Positions 1 to 8,690 of a stretch of 25,775 bases of DNA are shown here, one piece after another. A program made the position numbers and the translations under genes. The stretch comes from a virus. Taxonomy: Duplodnaviria; Caudoviricetes. Within the stretch, counting starts at the first letter, position 1. Each line of letters opens with the position of its first letter. The notes beneath the pieces were generated by a model. It made no database searches and had not been told where the DNA came from. It saw only the letters and a list, made by a program, of their open reading frames with translations. The stretch is from positions 1-25,775 of the IMG/VR virus record IMGVR_UViG_3300048854_000110; one strand, written 5' to 3'.

Positions 1-301
1 GCGCCTTCCGCCAATCCAGGAAGTTATCGCGGTTGCTCTTGGTGTCGGCTACTCGCATCTCTATGGAAAACTCCAAATCCTTCCTGAGCTGCTCGATCAG
101 CTTTTCCTGCGCCGCTATCGTCTCTTTCGCCACTGCAAGCTCTCGTACTGTTCCGGCAGGATCAGCATCGGTGCTGACTTCGTGCAGGAGGGAGAGAAGT
201 TGCTTATAGTCGGCAATGTGGACGTACATGCCCATAACATCACCAACCATCCCCCCTTGACCTCCGTCATATCTCTCTACCTTCTCCGGATCAAAGCTCA
301 T
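1..301 (-). CDS. Hypothetical protein with coiled-coil segment, runs off the window edge
   Basis: Own translation: ATG at 301 overlaps the upstream stop (ATGA). MSFDPEKVERYDGG...QEKLIEQLRKDLE... is open to base 1. Confidence 0.8.
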   Translation of the reverse strand, partial: MSFDPEKVERYDGGQGGMVGDVMGMYVHIADYKQLLSLLHEVSTDADPAGTVRELAVAKETIAAQEKLIEQLRKDLEFSIEMRVADTKSNRDNFLDWRKA

Positions 302-477
302 TGCGTCACCAGCCCATGCTCGAAGTATTCGTCTACAAGCTCATCCAGAAGTTGTCGATAATGTTCATGTACAGCTGGCGTCAAATGGTTGTAGTCGGTT
401 GGGAAGCCTTTGGCCTCCTGGATTCGCTCCAGCCTTCTACGTATAGCCGCCATCAATGGATCTCTGTCTTCGCTCAT
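298..477 (-). CDS. Hypothetical protein (59 aa)
   Basis: ATG at 477 is coupled to the upstream TGA (TGATG), and the stop overlaps the next start. Confidence 0.75.
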   Translation of the reverse strand: MSEDRDPLMAAIRRRLERIQEAKGFPTDYNHLTPAVHEHYRQLLDELVDEYFEHGLVTQ

Positions 478-644
478 CACTCACCCCTCAACTCTTCCCT
501 GAGCCATCGCTCTGCCTGTTGTCTGCTGCAAGTTATTAGGTCACCGGCCAGAGTTCCATATCCGATGCGCCACACGCCTTCAGGGGCAAGATATCGAACC
601 GCCGAGAATCCGCGCCTGCGCTTCTCTTCGGATAGGGAAATCAT
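477..644 (-). CDS. 55-aa protein resembling the N-terminal lobe of a GH24 (T4-type) lysozyme, catalytic residues absent
   Basis: Not in the ORF track. MISLSEEKRRRGFSAVRYLAPEGVWRIGYGTLAGDLITCSRQQAERWLREELRGE; overlaps both neighbours. Confidence 0.7.
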   Translation of the reverse strand: MISLSEEKRRRGFSAVRYLAPEGVWRIGYGTLAGDLITCSRQQAERWLREELRGE

Positions 645-805
645 TTAGAAGCTCTCCGTCGGCGAACCTGAATGGATATGGCCGCCACAAGAGCGAACGG
701 TAACCCAAGAAACATATACCGAGGTTCAATCTTTATAGATCCCATCAGCATCAACCCCATTGCCACGGAGATTAGACCTAGCTCAACCGCTTCTATTTTG
801 CTCAC
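641..805 (-). CDS. Small two-TM membrane protein
   Basis: GTG at 805 after an AAAGGAG RBS, overlapping the HNH stop. Two hydrophobic segments and a basic tail (RRRRASK). Confidence 0.7.
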   Translation of the reverse strand: MSKIEAVELGLISVAMGLMLMGSIKIEPRYMFLGLPFALVAAISIQVRRRRASK

Positions 806-1047
806 GCTACACGCTCCTTTGCGACCTTGGACCAAGCTTCCCGATTTCTTTCCTGATTGCACTTATGGCAGGCGGCCACCATGTTGCTTCTTTTGTCGTA
901 TCCTCCGTCAACCAGCCGGATCACATGCTCCAATGTGGCTCTGCGCTCCGGGCAATCTCCAAACCTAAGCCCACAGTAGAAACACTTGAATCGCTGCTTC
1001 TTCACTAGCTCATCGCGATAAGATCTCTGGTTTTTCCTCTTCTTCAT
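802..1047 (-). CDS. HNH endonuclease
   Basis: CFYCG...TLEHVI..DGG...SNMVAACHKCN zinc-HNH motif. Confidence 0.92.
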   Translation of the reverse strand: MKKRKNQRSYRDELVKKQRFKCFYCGLRFGDCPERRATLEHVIRLVDGGYDKRSNMVAACHKCNQERNREAWSKVAKERVA

Positions 1048-1108
1048 CTCTATACCTTATGGTGGCAGTCAACCTTACCGATGAGCAGGTAGCGCGGCTG
1101 AAGTGAGG

Positions 1109-1246
1109 TCATGAGCGTCCACCAGGTATAAGTTCATCTAGGCAACGGCAATCGCGGATAATTTGCATGATTCGCGCATCGGTTGGCGGTTCTCCCCGTC
1201 TGAGCAGGATTCCAACCACAGCGTTGATTAATTGCTGTCCGCTCAT
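1109..1246 (-). CDS. Hypothetical protein (45 aa)
   Basis: ATG at 1246 in an ATGA overlap with the upstream stop. Confidence 0.6.
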   Translation of the reverse strand: MSGQQLINAVVGILLRRGEPPTDARIMQIIRDCRCLDELIPGGRS

Positions 1247-1416
1247 TTCTTCATCTCGGCATTTTGCTTGCCGCATGAACACTCGGCAGGCGTGACGCAC
1301 TCGCAATCAGGAAATCCCCATTTGCTCTCTATGTACGCGCACATCTCTGAGAAGAGTTCCAGCTTTGGTCCCTCACCCGCATTCTTGGCAAATTGCAGCC
1401 TTTCCATTGTCAGCAT
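1243..1416 (-). CDS. Small Cys-rich hypothetical protein
   Basis: AGGAGA RBS before ATG 1416; CEC...CSC near the C-terminus. Confidence 0.7.
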   Translation of the reverse strand: MLTMERLQFAKNAGEGPKLELFSEMCAYIESKWGFPDCECVTPAECSCGKQNAEMKK

Positions 1417-2360
1417 TGTTGATCTCCTTTTCTTTCTTTTTGGGCCTCTTCTATCCACTGCGAGGCGATTGACTGGATGTTTTCTGCGCCGTTTCTCTCT
1501 AAGAGAAGTTCGAGCGCCCTATGTGTATCCCTTAGCTTCTCTTCCAACTCAGCGAGCCTATCTTCAGCTTTCTCTGCGCGAATCACTTGATTCATAATTG
1601 CCCTTGAAGACGCATGCAGTGCTTTACCTAGATACCGCTCGTTCCTGCCCAGAGATCCTATTACTACGACTTCACCGAGGATTTTCCCGCACTCCTTTAG
1701 CTGTTGCTCCAGGGCATCGATCTTCGCTTGCTGCGCGTTCCAAGCGGCCTCAAACCCTGAATCAAATGCCGATCCCTGACCTGCATCGCTGGAGAAGCCA
1801 GAAGAGTTCCACCATTTCTGATTGGCTGCATCCCTAGCTGCCTCAAAGCTCTCTTGTGCCTCAGCTTGTGGAACGGGCTTGGGTTCAGCTTCGGCTAGAA
1901 TTCTTCCAACTGCGCGACCAACTCTGTATGCCTGATCAACCTCATCCCCCTGCGTTGTGGCGGTAGATGCGTGAACCGGATGGTCTTTTTTATGTCCGCA
2001 CAGGCAGCGGACATATACCTTTCCTGCCCACTTCCTAGGCTCGAACTTGTGGCCCTCGATCTCCTGCCCCGTTGTGGCGGTAGATGCGGGGGCGCTATGC
2101 TTAGACTTTTCGTGACCGCAATCATGACACCAGCCGCAGTCACATCCGTAGGTTTCATACTTAGCGCACGGATGATCATGATTGAACGGGTTCTTCACTG
2201 CAACTTGCTCCGTTGTGTCGATAGGGGATGGGGTGGGAACATATGTAACTACTGGTGAGGTCGTATCGATGTGGGCTGGCTTAGGGGGAGTGGCTTTCCT
2301 AGATAAATAAGCTAGATGCTCATTCACCTCTTCAGACGACATTTTATTGCGCTCTGTCAT
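1410..2360 (-). CDS. Modular hypothetical protein: two His/Cys zinc-binding repeats and a C-terminal coiled coil
   Basis: CHDCGHEKSKH and CLCGHKKDHPVH are each followed by ASTATT; heptads such as KIDALEQQLKE follow. Confidence 0.8.
   Translation of the reverse strand: MTERNKMSSEEVNEHLAYLSRKATPPKPAHIDTTSPVVTYVPTPSPIDTTEQVAVKNPFNHDHPCAKYETYGCDCGWCHDCGHEKSKHSAPASTATTGQEIEGHKFEPRKWAGKVYVRCLCGHKKDHPVHASTATTQGDEVDQAYRVGRAVGRILAEAEPKPVPQAEAQESFEAARDAANQKWWNSSGFSSDAGQGSAFDSGFEAAWNAQQAKIDALEQQLKECGKILGEVVVIGSLGRNERYLGKALHASSRAIMNQVIRAEKAEDRLAELEEKLRDTHRALELLLERNGAENIQSIASQWIEEAQKERKGDQQC
1953..2088. repeat. 19-bp perfect direct repeat CGTTGTGGCGGTAGATGCG
   Basis: Copies at 1953-1971 and 2070-2088, 117 bp (39 codons) apart, in frame within the 316-aa gene. 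Confidence 0.9.
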
Positions 2361-2364
2361 ATCC

Positions 2365-3000
2365 CTACTCTCCCTTTACCGCTTTGATATTTAGTCGAAG
2401 GTTGTTTATCTCGTCATATTTACCGCAATAGGTGCAATTGCCATCCGAGTCGAACCAATGGCCGTTGTGATTCCGAGGACATGGTTCCTCTTCATAGGAA
2501 ACCAATTCCTTTTGAAGCGACCCCAGCAACTCCTTCAGCTTTTGCTCACGCAGCAGGGATGCCTTTAGCTGGCGCTCTCTAACGGCGATATGCAATTCCC
2601 GCTGATAGTCTCCCAACGGATCGGAAGAACGAGGATCATCGTTTACCTTTTGCGTGGCAATTGCCCTATCGATGTCCGTTATATCCAGCAGCGGCAACCC
2701 ATCCCCGGCCTCGACCTTGGCAGGAATCAGCTCTTTCAGCTTGGCGGCGGCCTCTAGCGCCTTTTTCATTTCCTGCTGATGTATCCACTCGCGAGATCCA
2801 ACCCAAACTTCTATCTTCTCCCCCTCTTTGGGGGCAGGCTCAGTGGGGGCAGGTAGCTTTCTGGCAGCTTCAATGTGTCGCTTATAGTGATTGGTTCCCG
2901 GGAAAGCGTCTCTTAGGTCGAATACACATTGCTCGCCAACCCGAGCATTACAGGTGGGGCATGGGACTGTGTATATGTTCTGCTCACTGATATCGCTCAT
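2365..3000 (-). CDS. Hypothetical protein with N- and C-terminal zinc-finger motifs
   Basis: CPTCNA..GEQC..HYKR at the N-terminus; CP..H..CTYCG at the C-terminus. Confidence 0.8.
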   Translation of the reverse strand: MSDISEQNIYTVPCPTCNARVGEQCVFDLRDAFPGTNHYKRHIEAARKLPAPTEPAPKEGEKIEVWVGSREWIHQQEMKKALEAAAKLKELIPAKVEAGDGLPLLDITDIDRAIATQKVNDDPRSSDPLGDYQRELHIAVRERQLKASLLREQKLKELLGSLQKELVSYEEEPCPRNHNGHWFDSDGNCTYCGKYDEINNLRLNIKAVKGE

Positions 3001-3032
3001 TCTCTTTGTCCTCTTCTGCTGCTGGGGGTTCC

Positions 3033-3266
3033 CTACTTACCGCTCTTCATCAACTTATCCAGCGCATCGGCTAGTGTGTAGCAATCCGATATTGACGTAC
3101 GGTCTGGAAGCAGCAAATCAACCTGAGTGCTCATGTCCTTGCAATTCACGCGCACGATTAGATTTCCTTCGGGACTGCGCTCTTGTTGGATACGCGGCTG
3201 AGCTGGTTTACTGGCAGAACATCCAGCGATGGCTAAAAGAGCTATGAGTACCATCTGTTTCATCAT
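3033..3266 (-). CDS. Predicted lipoprotein
   Basis: MMKQMVLIALLAIAG-C signal peptide with lipobox IAGC; GGGAG RBS. Confidence 0.8.
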   Translation of the reverse strand: MMKQMVLIALLAIAGCSASKPAQPRIQQERSPEGNLIVRVNCKDMSTQVDLLLPDRTSISDCYTLADALDKLMKSGK

Positions 3267-3318
3267 CTTTGTTTTCTCCCTTGTCTCTCCACATAAGCTG
3301 CAATTCCTCTTCCGTTAC

Positions 3319-3693
3319 CTAGCCAAATATGCGAATAGCGAAGTAGTTGATCATCAGGTGAAGCGTGTTGTCAGCAGCTATAAGAAGCCACACGGCAAGC
3401 CATGCCGGTACGTCGCTGGGGTACCCGGTTCCTGAACAGTCGGACCACGCCGGAGGTTTAGGAGATAGGCAATTCTTCGCATATACGACATATCGGGCCA
3501 AGCGATAGCGATCTATAAAAAAGTGAGTTACCAATATGACCAGCCACGCGTTTACGGATGCAACGAAATAGAACGGTACAGAGTAAATGAATGAGTGGAT
3601 CCACGCAGGCCAAAAAGCTTTCGTCTTGTTCTGCGCCATCCAATGGGATTGCGTAACGTAGTCGCCGAATAAATGCAGAATCAACTGAATCAT
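3319..3693 (-). CDS. DUF3307 family membrane protein
   Basis: HLFGDYVTQ..MA..K, H..IY, THFFID and DNTLH motifs. Confidence 0.88.
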   Translation of the reverse strand: MIQLILHLFGDYVTQSHWMAQNKTKAFWPAWIHSFIYSVPFYFVASVNAWLVILVTHFFIDRYRLARYVVYAKNCLSPKPPAWSDCSGTGYPSDVPAWLAVWLLIAADNTLHLMINYFAIRIFG

Positions 3694-3749
3694 TGAATAA
3701 CCTTTCTCTCACTCCAAAACTCTTCCAACTGCTCATCTGTTACGTTGGG

Positions 3750-4352
3750 TCATGCGTCAATCCGCTTGAAGGTGATAGCCCATAGCCATGGGTTGGCGTC
3801 CCATGAACCGTCGCCGTTGATGCAGTCCCATAGCTTTTTGAAAGATGGCTTGTATAGTCCTCTTTCTGCCTGAAAAGGTATCCTCTCTTCGACACCTTCG
3901 GCGGCGGCATCCTCTTCGCTGATCTCCTGCAACCGCTGCACGCGCACATCGGTTAACTCAAGCGTGATGCGCGAGGCCCAACGAGGCATATGGATTGATG
4001 GCTTCCACTTAGCGCCGTTGAGTAGGTGACCACCATCAGCGGCATAAACCGCTTGATCTGGTCCTTCGGTAGTTCCCGCTGAAGAGTACGTATTGCATCG
4101 CCAACTGTAGAACGTCTCCCGCACCCACAGCCGGTCTCCTGGCTTGCTATAGGGGCAATGCCTAAGAATCGTGGAGCTTGACGGATAACGATCCAGAGCA
4201 TATATTCCATCCTTCCATCGATAGATCTTTCCCTGACCCTCTCCATCAATCCAGAGCGGCTGAGGTTTGACTATCCGCCGCGTCTGCGTCTTTCTACCCT
4301 CAAGGATCGCCCTCACCATCGGGGCGCCAAACAATATCGGTCTCTCTTTCAT
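3750..4352 (-). CDS. ASCH/PUA-like conserved phage protein
   Basis: MKERPILF..MVRAILEGRKTQTRR, PGDRLWVRETF, WKPSIHMPRWASRITLE, WDANPWLW. Start 4352 is in an ATGA overlap. Confidence 0.88.
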   Translation of the reverse strand: MKERPILFGAPMVRAILEGRKTQTRRIVKPQPLWIDGEGQGKIYRWKDGIYALDRYPSSSTILRHCPYSKPGDRLWVRETFYSWRCNTYSSAGTTEGPDQAVYAADGGHLLNGAKWKPSIHMPRWASRITLELTDVRVQRLQEISEEDAAAEGVEERIPFQAERGLYKPSFKKLWDCINGDGSWDANPWLWAITFKRIDA

Positions 4353-4972
4353 GCTCGACTCACTTTCCATATACCGGCAGCTATGCCTATTGCTAAAAGG
4401 GCTAATGTAGAAGGCTCGGGAGTAGGGGCTATTGGCGTTACAGGTGGAGCAGCATGTCCGCTATTACCGCCGCTTCCATAAGCACCACCCCAGCCAGCAA
4501 ACCAACCAGGAAAACCGGAATTGGGTCCATATTGCTGATCAACCACCGGACTTCTTTCAGTAGTTTCATAAGTCGGGTATTCCTCCTCTTGAATCATTTG
4601 TTGCGGCGTCTCGGCTGCAAAATCCATTCCATCCCCAGCTTTCGGAATAGCCACGGCCAGAACAGGCTGCCCAGCCACCAACCCAGAGCCATCGATCCCA
4701 GAAGCCCCAACCAATCCTTCATCTCGTGTGCCACACATCACCTCCAAAGCCTTTCTCGCTCGCTCTTTCATCCTTGCCGTCTGCGCGCTCATGTCGCGGT
4801 CGAGATGATGCTTCACCACATACGCCGGGTGCGCATGGTTCCACGCCTGGATCGCCTTCACCCTGCGAGCCCAGACCTCTTTGAGGTCCACATGGCAGGT
4901 CTCAGATACGGCTATCACTGCAGGCATGCCGAGGGAGACAGAGAGGAGGCAGAGTGAGACGGAGCGCTTCAC
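4349..4972 (-). CDS. PEP-CTERM sorting-domain protein
   Basis: N-terminal hydrophobic signal; Gly/Pro linker; C-terminal TPEPSTLALLAIGIAAGIWKVSRA (PEP, TM helix, basic end). Confidence 0.85.
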   Translation of the reverse strand: MKRSVSLCLLSVSLGMPAVIAVSETCHVDLKEVWARRVKAIQAWNHAHPAYVVKHHLDRDMSAQTARMKERARKALEVMCGTRDEGLVGASGIDGSGLVAGQPVLAVAIPKAGDGMDFAAETPQQMIQEEEYPTYETTERSPVVDQQYGPNSGFPGWFAGWGGAYGSGGNSGHAAPPVTPIAPTPEPSTLALLAIGIAAGIWKVSRA

Positions 4973-5256
4973 TTGGCCTCCAGCAAAGTTCGCAAGTCGC
5001 TAGTGGTGGCTTGAGCGGCTGACCCCATCTCCGCGCATGAACGCAGATGAGCAGAGGCAAGCATTACTCTATCGACACGGTGAAGGTCCAGTAAGCCAAC
5101 GCCCTCTCGATACAGCGCTAACTGCGCATCCTGCACATCAGATTTAGTGATCCGATCAATGATTGCGGCGGCTCTCAACATGGTGGCCTTGAAGGTTTGT
5201 TTCATTACCAACTCTTCCGCTGGAGATAGTGCTTTCTCTTTCACTTCAGCCTCCAC
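4969..5256 (-). CDS. Hypothetical protein
   Basis: Fills the operon and overlaps both neighbours. Confidence 0.7.
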   Translation of the reverse strand: MEAEVKEKALSPAEELVMKQTFKATMLRAAAIIDRITKSDVQDAQLALYREGVGLLDLHRVDRVMLASAHLRSCAEMGSAAQATTSDLRTLLEAK

Positions 5257-5552
5257 ACGCGCACGTAGCGGCCCCGGTTCGACACTCGTTTGCTCGGTAC
5301 GAAATGGCCCGTAAACTCCCAGTTGTCCGACTTGAAGACTGAGCCAGCAGCGTTGCCTAGATCCTCACTTGATAGGCCGATGGCCTCAAGGAAGGGCTGG
5401 TAATCATCCGCCGTAACGCAGCGATCGGCTCGGCCGCGGGCGATCAGTTCAAGCTGGGCACGGACCTTGTTGATGAGGTCATTGCGGCTTGCCGAGGCTT
5501 GCGCTATCCCTGCTTCTTTCAGTTCGAGGCCGGCGAAGAGATCGAGAGTCAC
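5241..5552 (-). CDS. Conserved phage hypothetical protein, possibly winged-helix-like
   Basis: GTG at 5552 after GGAGG; TADD..GNAAGSVF..S.R..N.GR.VRVW pattern. Confidence 0.75.
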   Translation of the reverse strand: MTLDLFAGLELKEAGIAQASASRNDLINKVRAQLELIARGRADRCVTADDYQPFLEAIGLSSEDLGNAAGSVFKSDNWEFTGHFVPSKRVSNRGRYVRVWRLK

Positions 5553-5707
5553 GCTGCCTCCAATCGAAGCTGGAACTGACTTGCCTTCTCCGGCTGCTTC
5601 AGCTCCCCCTGTTTGGCAGTCTCTTGGTAGGTGCATGACTCGCACTCCCACACATACTGCCCATTGCGGTAGCACAATATCTCGTTATGGTTGGGATGGT
5701 GTCTCAC
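5549..5707 (-). CDS. Small zinc-ribbon-like protein
   Basis: GTG at 5707 overlaps the exonuclease stop; HPNH...WECESC. Confidence 0.65.
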   Translation of the reverse strand: MRHHPNHNEILCYRNGQYVWECESCTYQETAKQGELKQPEKASQFQLRLEAA

Positions 5708-6414
5708 TGGCTTATGTCTCCTTGCGCAAAGTTGTCGAATGCGGCGGACCATTGATCGATTGGTGGGGCTTGCTCCAGGTACTCCGAATTCTTAGGAAGA
5801 ACCCATTGGCCAAGCTCGCGAACTCCCTTTTCAACTTCCTCGTTGAATCGGTAGACCTCGTCTTCCATGCGCTTGATAATCTCTTCGTCGCGCTGTAGCC
5901 GGATTACCCAGGGCTTGAACCGAGGGTGGTAGGAGACAAAGTCTGCCCATTCGCGCTCGCAGCAGAGCATGTTCCAATACATCTGCGGCCTGTGCTCCTC
6001 TGGGACCACGCCATCCTGCATCCACTCGCAATGGGTCGTGATGCGTCCACACTTGATCTCAATAAGACCGTCGCTGTTGACCAGACCATCGGGGCTACTC
6101 GCAGCGAAATCCCACTCCGGATGCAGTACAAGGCCAACCCGATCCACCATCACATCTCGCTCTACCTCATAGGCAGCTCGGGCGTAAGGCTCTAACTCTG
6201 TACCTCGGTCCATGTCTGCGGAAACGAAGTGATCTGATGCAAGTCCGGTTAGGCGCTCGGTGATGAGCTCAAGGCGGTACTTAGCCCTTGCCGCAGACTC
6301 ACCTTCTTTTCGCTTGAGGACCGCACAGGCGTCTGAGACTCTTGAGGCGGTCACCTTGCCAACCCGGTGAGCTAACCATTCCGCACTGCCTTGCTCTACG
6401 TTGACGACGCGCAT
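5704..6414 (-). CDS. YqaJ / lambda-exonuclease family 5'-3' exonuclease
   Basis: EQGSAEWLAHRVGKVTAS, GTELEP.AR..YE, ASSPDGL, IEIKC and Q...MLC..REWADFVSY motifs. Confidence 0.95.
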   Translation of the reverse strand: MRVVNVEQGSAEWLAHRVGKVTASRVSDACAVLKRKEGESAARAKYRLELITERLTGLASDHFVSADMDRGTELEPYARAAYEVERDVMVDRVGLVLHPEWDFAASSPDGLVNSDGLIEIKCGRITTHCEWMQDGVVPEEHRPQMYWNMLCCEREWADFVSYHPRFKPWVIRLQRDEEIIKRMEDEVYRFNEEVEKGVRELGQWVLPKNSEYLEQAPPIDQWSAAFDNFAQGDISQ

Positions 6415-7475
6415 TAGTAAGCCACCTTTACATTGGGGATCTGGCCTTTAGCGATAGCAGTGATAGCCTTTCGGGCATCATCATTTGATAAGCCAGCAGC
6501 TACCAGGGCCTGCAGGGCGGTATTGTTCACCTCAGCCCTATGCGCTTTGTCTTTCTCCCGCGCCTTCGCCTCTTCCTCCACGCGGCGCTTCTCATTGGCC
6601 ACACGCTGGCGCTCGGCTTCGATAGCGGCTTGCTTCTCCCGCGCATGACGCTCTTCGGCAGCGATACGATCCGCCTCGGCCTTGCGGGCCTTCATCTCTG
6701 CGGCTTCTTTTGCGATGATCACGTCGTGCTCACGCTGGCGCGCTTCACGCTCTAAACGTGCTTCTCGCTCAGCAGCTTCTCGTGCAGCCTGCTCCTCCCG
6801 AGCCTTAGCCTCGCGCTCTGCGCGCTCCTTAGCTTCGCGGGCGATACGCTCCTCGCGGTCCCGCTGTTCACGCTCAGCCGCCTCAGCACGTAGGCGAGCT
6901 AGCTCAGCGGCTTGCTCCTCGCGTACCTTGATGCGCTCCATGATGTCTTTGGTTCGCAGTATCTCGGCATCGATAACCTGCTTAGCTCTAGCACCGAACT
7001 CTTGCCAATCTCGTGAGGCGTAAGTAGCCTGCAGGAATTGCAGGCGGAATTCGATCTCCTGCGAAGTCTCCGTGGCTCCATACATCGAGCTTTCCGGGAT
7101 CTCGGCTATCGCTTTCTCGTGCGCGGCTACTCGCTCTTTCTCGGCATTCTCCCAATCCGTGAGGGGCTTGCGCACTTCGGCCTGCAGCGATTCGAATTCG
7201 TTCCAGACGCGCCGGCCTTCGGCATCTATCACCGCCAAACGCTTTTTCTCGTCGGCAACCAAGGCTTTACGCTGGTCGTCGATGAATGTCTTGCTTCGTG
7301 CGATCTTGTAGGAGAGTGAGGCAAGCTCCTTGCGATTGCCGGGGGTGGATATGTCCAGCTTCGCGGCCTGGTCCAATGCCTCAGTCCGGATCTTCCCGAT
7401 AATCGGGTCGATGACCTCTGGTTTGAATAGGTCAATCGGTGCGAGTTTTTCAATAACTGCAAGTTCGGTAGACAT
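6414..7475 (-). CDS. Phage coiled-coil protein associated with the recombination module
   Basis: R.ELASLSYKIARSKT, long E/R/A-rich helix and a C-terminal IAKGQIPNVKVAY, as in lambdoid early-region proteins. Confidence 0.85.
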   Translation of the reverse strand: MSTELAVIEKLAPIDLFKPEVIDPIIGKIRTEALDQAAKLDISTPGNRKELASLSYKIARSKTFIDDQRKALVADEKKRLAVIDAEGRRVWNEFESLQAEVRKPLTDWENAEKERVAAHEKAIAEIPESSMYGATETSQEIEFRLQFLQATYASRDWQEFGARAKQVIDAEILRTKDIMERIKVREEQAAELARLRAEAAEREQRDREERIAREAKERAEREAKAREEQAAREAAEREARLEREARQREHDVIIAKEAAEMKARKAEADRIAAEERHAREKQAAIEAERQRVANEKRRVEEEAKAREKDKAHRAEVNNTALQALVAAGLSNDDARKAITAIAKGQIPNVKVAY

Positions 7476-8248
7476 TACCTAGCTTCCTTTCCATAGAGCT
7501 CTGCCTTCTTCAGGTCCTTGGCTTTGATAAATGCTTGCATCGCGGCCTTATCTCCTAGGTCCTGCGCGATTTTGTAGCCTGCACTGAAGGTCTTCTGCAG
7601 GATGGGGAGGGAGTCTGCAGCTTCGATAAGACCCATCACGCGGTCATAGTCTCCGGTTTCCATCTCTGGCTTTTCGCCAGACCCATTGCCGTCGTCATCC
7701 ACGTTTCCTTCTGTACTAGCCAAGCCGGTGGCTAACTCGAAAGTGGTGATCTTGGCATAGGTGATCGAAGACTTTACCTGCTGGAGAGGGTTCTTAGCTC
7801 CCGAAGTGTCTTTTTGTACGGTCATCCATTTCGTGACGCCTTTATGGCCTAGAGCATGGGTGATTGTGTATCCGACGCGGATGTCGGCGCCGCCCTGATC
7901 TAGGTCCCACTCCCCGCTCAGGCCGTACTTTCCTAGAATCGGCGTCACCGTGTTCACCAGGTTGCCGATGGATGTATAGCGAGATCCGTATTGCTTATTC
8001 TCTTTGTCCTTAGAGATAAAGATGGCTTCCTTCTTGAAGTCGGCCATCGCCTGAACGTAGGCCTTCTCAGCCTGTTTAGCCTCCCACTGGAACTGCATCT
8101 CCATGAGTCGCTGCATTCGGTCAAGGTCGGCATTCTGCGACATAGCCATCTGCAGAAGCATCATTGGAGTTACTTGCGGAGCGGGTACATCTTTGGCTCC
8201 TTCAAGGGCTACGGAGTCCTTCAGTTGTTGATCCAGTACGGTACTCAC
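7475..8248 (-). CDS. erf: ERF family single-strand annealing protein
   Basis: D.DRMQRLM.MQ..WE...A..AY..AM, N..YGSRY, ITHALGH, NPLQ..SSITYAK and terminal DDDGN. Confidence 0.88.
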   Translation of the reverse strand: MSTVLDQQLKDSVALEGAKDVPAPQVTPMMLLQMAMSQNADLDRMQRLMEMQFQWEAKQAEKAYVQAMADFKKEAIFISKDKENKQYGSRYTSIGNLVNTVTPILGKYGLSGEWDLDQGGADIRVGYTITHALGHKGVTKWMTVQKDTSGAKNPLQQVKSSITYAKITTFELATGLASTEGNVDDDGNGSGEKPEMETGDYDRVMGLIEAADSLPILQKTFSAGYKIAQDLGDKAAMQAFIKAKDLKKAELYGKEAR

Positions 8249-8338
8249 TTAGCGCCTCCAGGGGTTCAAGTTGTCGTTGAGGTAAATGCAGCCGATTACT
8301 ACGAGAGAGAGCAAGGCAGGAGCGAAGAAGAGAATCAT
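8249..8338 (-). CDS. 29-aa single-TM microprotein
   Basis: MILFFAPALLSLVVIGCIYLNDNLNPWRR; ATGA overlap upstream, stop abuts the ERF start. Confidence 0.6.
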   Translation of the reverse strand: MILFFAPALLSLVVIGCIYLNDNLNPWRR

Positions 8339-8484
8339 TGGTCGTAACCTTTCTGGCGGTCAGCATGGGCAGCTACTCGTGCCAGTGACCAGAAGAAGAA
8401 GATGGAAGCCGCATAGAGGACTGCGGCGCTGACGGTGATGAAGATTCCGCTTAGGTAGCTGATCTGAATGCCGAAGAGAGTCAT
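8335..8484 (-). CDS. 49-aa single-TM microprotein
   Basis: MTLFGIQISYLSGIFITVSAAVLYAASIFFFWSLARVAAHADRQKGYDQ; GAGGT RBS and ATGA overlaps. Confidence 0.7.
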   Translation of the reverse strand: MTLFGIQISYLSGIFITVSAAVLYAASIFFFWSLARVAAHADRQKGYDQ

Positions 8485-8690
8485 GCTGCCACCTCGTCAG
8501 GATCTGGCTGTATAAATCCAGCATTGACATCTTCTAGAGCTCGCTTGAATGCATCTCGCTTGCTTAGCCCAAAGGCGCAGATATAGTTGCCAGCGAACAC
8601 CGTGTATCTTGTCATCTGTGCTCCCGCAGGTTCGGTAGTGACTCTTGCATGCGGAAATCTCCTGCGAAACTCTCGCTCAAACTTGCTCAT
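8481..8690 (-). CDS. Hypothetical protein (MSKFEREF..., 69 aa)
   Basis: ATG 8690 in an ATGA overlap. Confidence 0.75.
   Translation of the reverse strand: MSKFEREFRRRFPHARVTTEPAGAQMTRYTVFAGNYICAFGLSKRDAFKRALEDVNAGFIQPDPDEVAA

Noticed and set aside
1050-1112. 20-codon ORF MTSLQPRYLLIGKVDCHHKV
   Set aside because: It fills the gap with an ATGA overlap but is too short to support without expression data.
6414-7475. TolA call or DNA repeat array
   Set aside because: The similarity is low-complexity E/R/A coiled coil; there is no N-terminal TM anchor and no exact repeat units.
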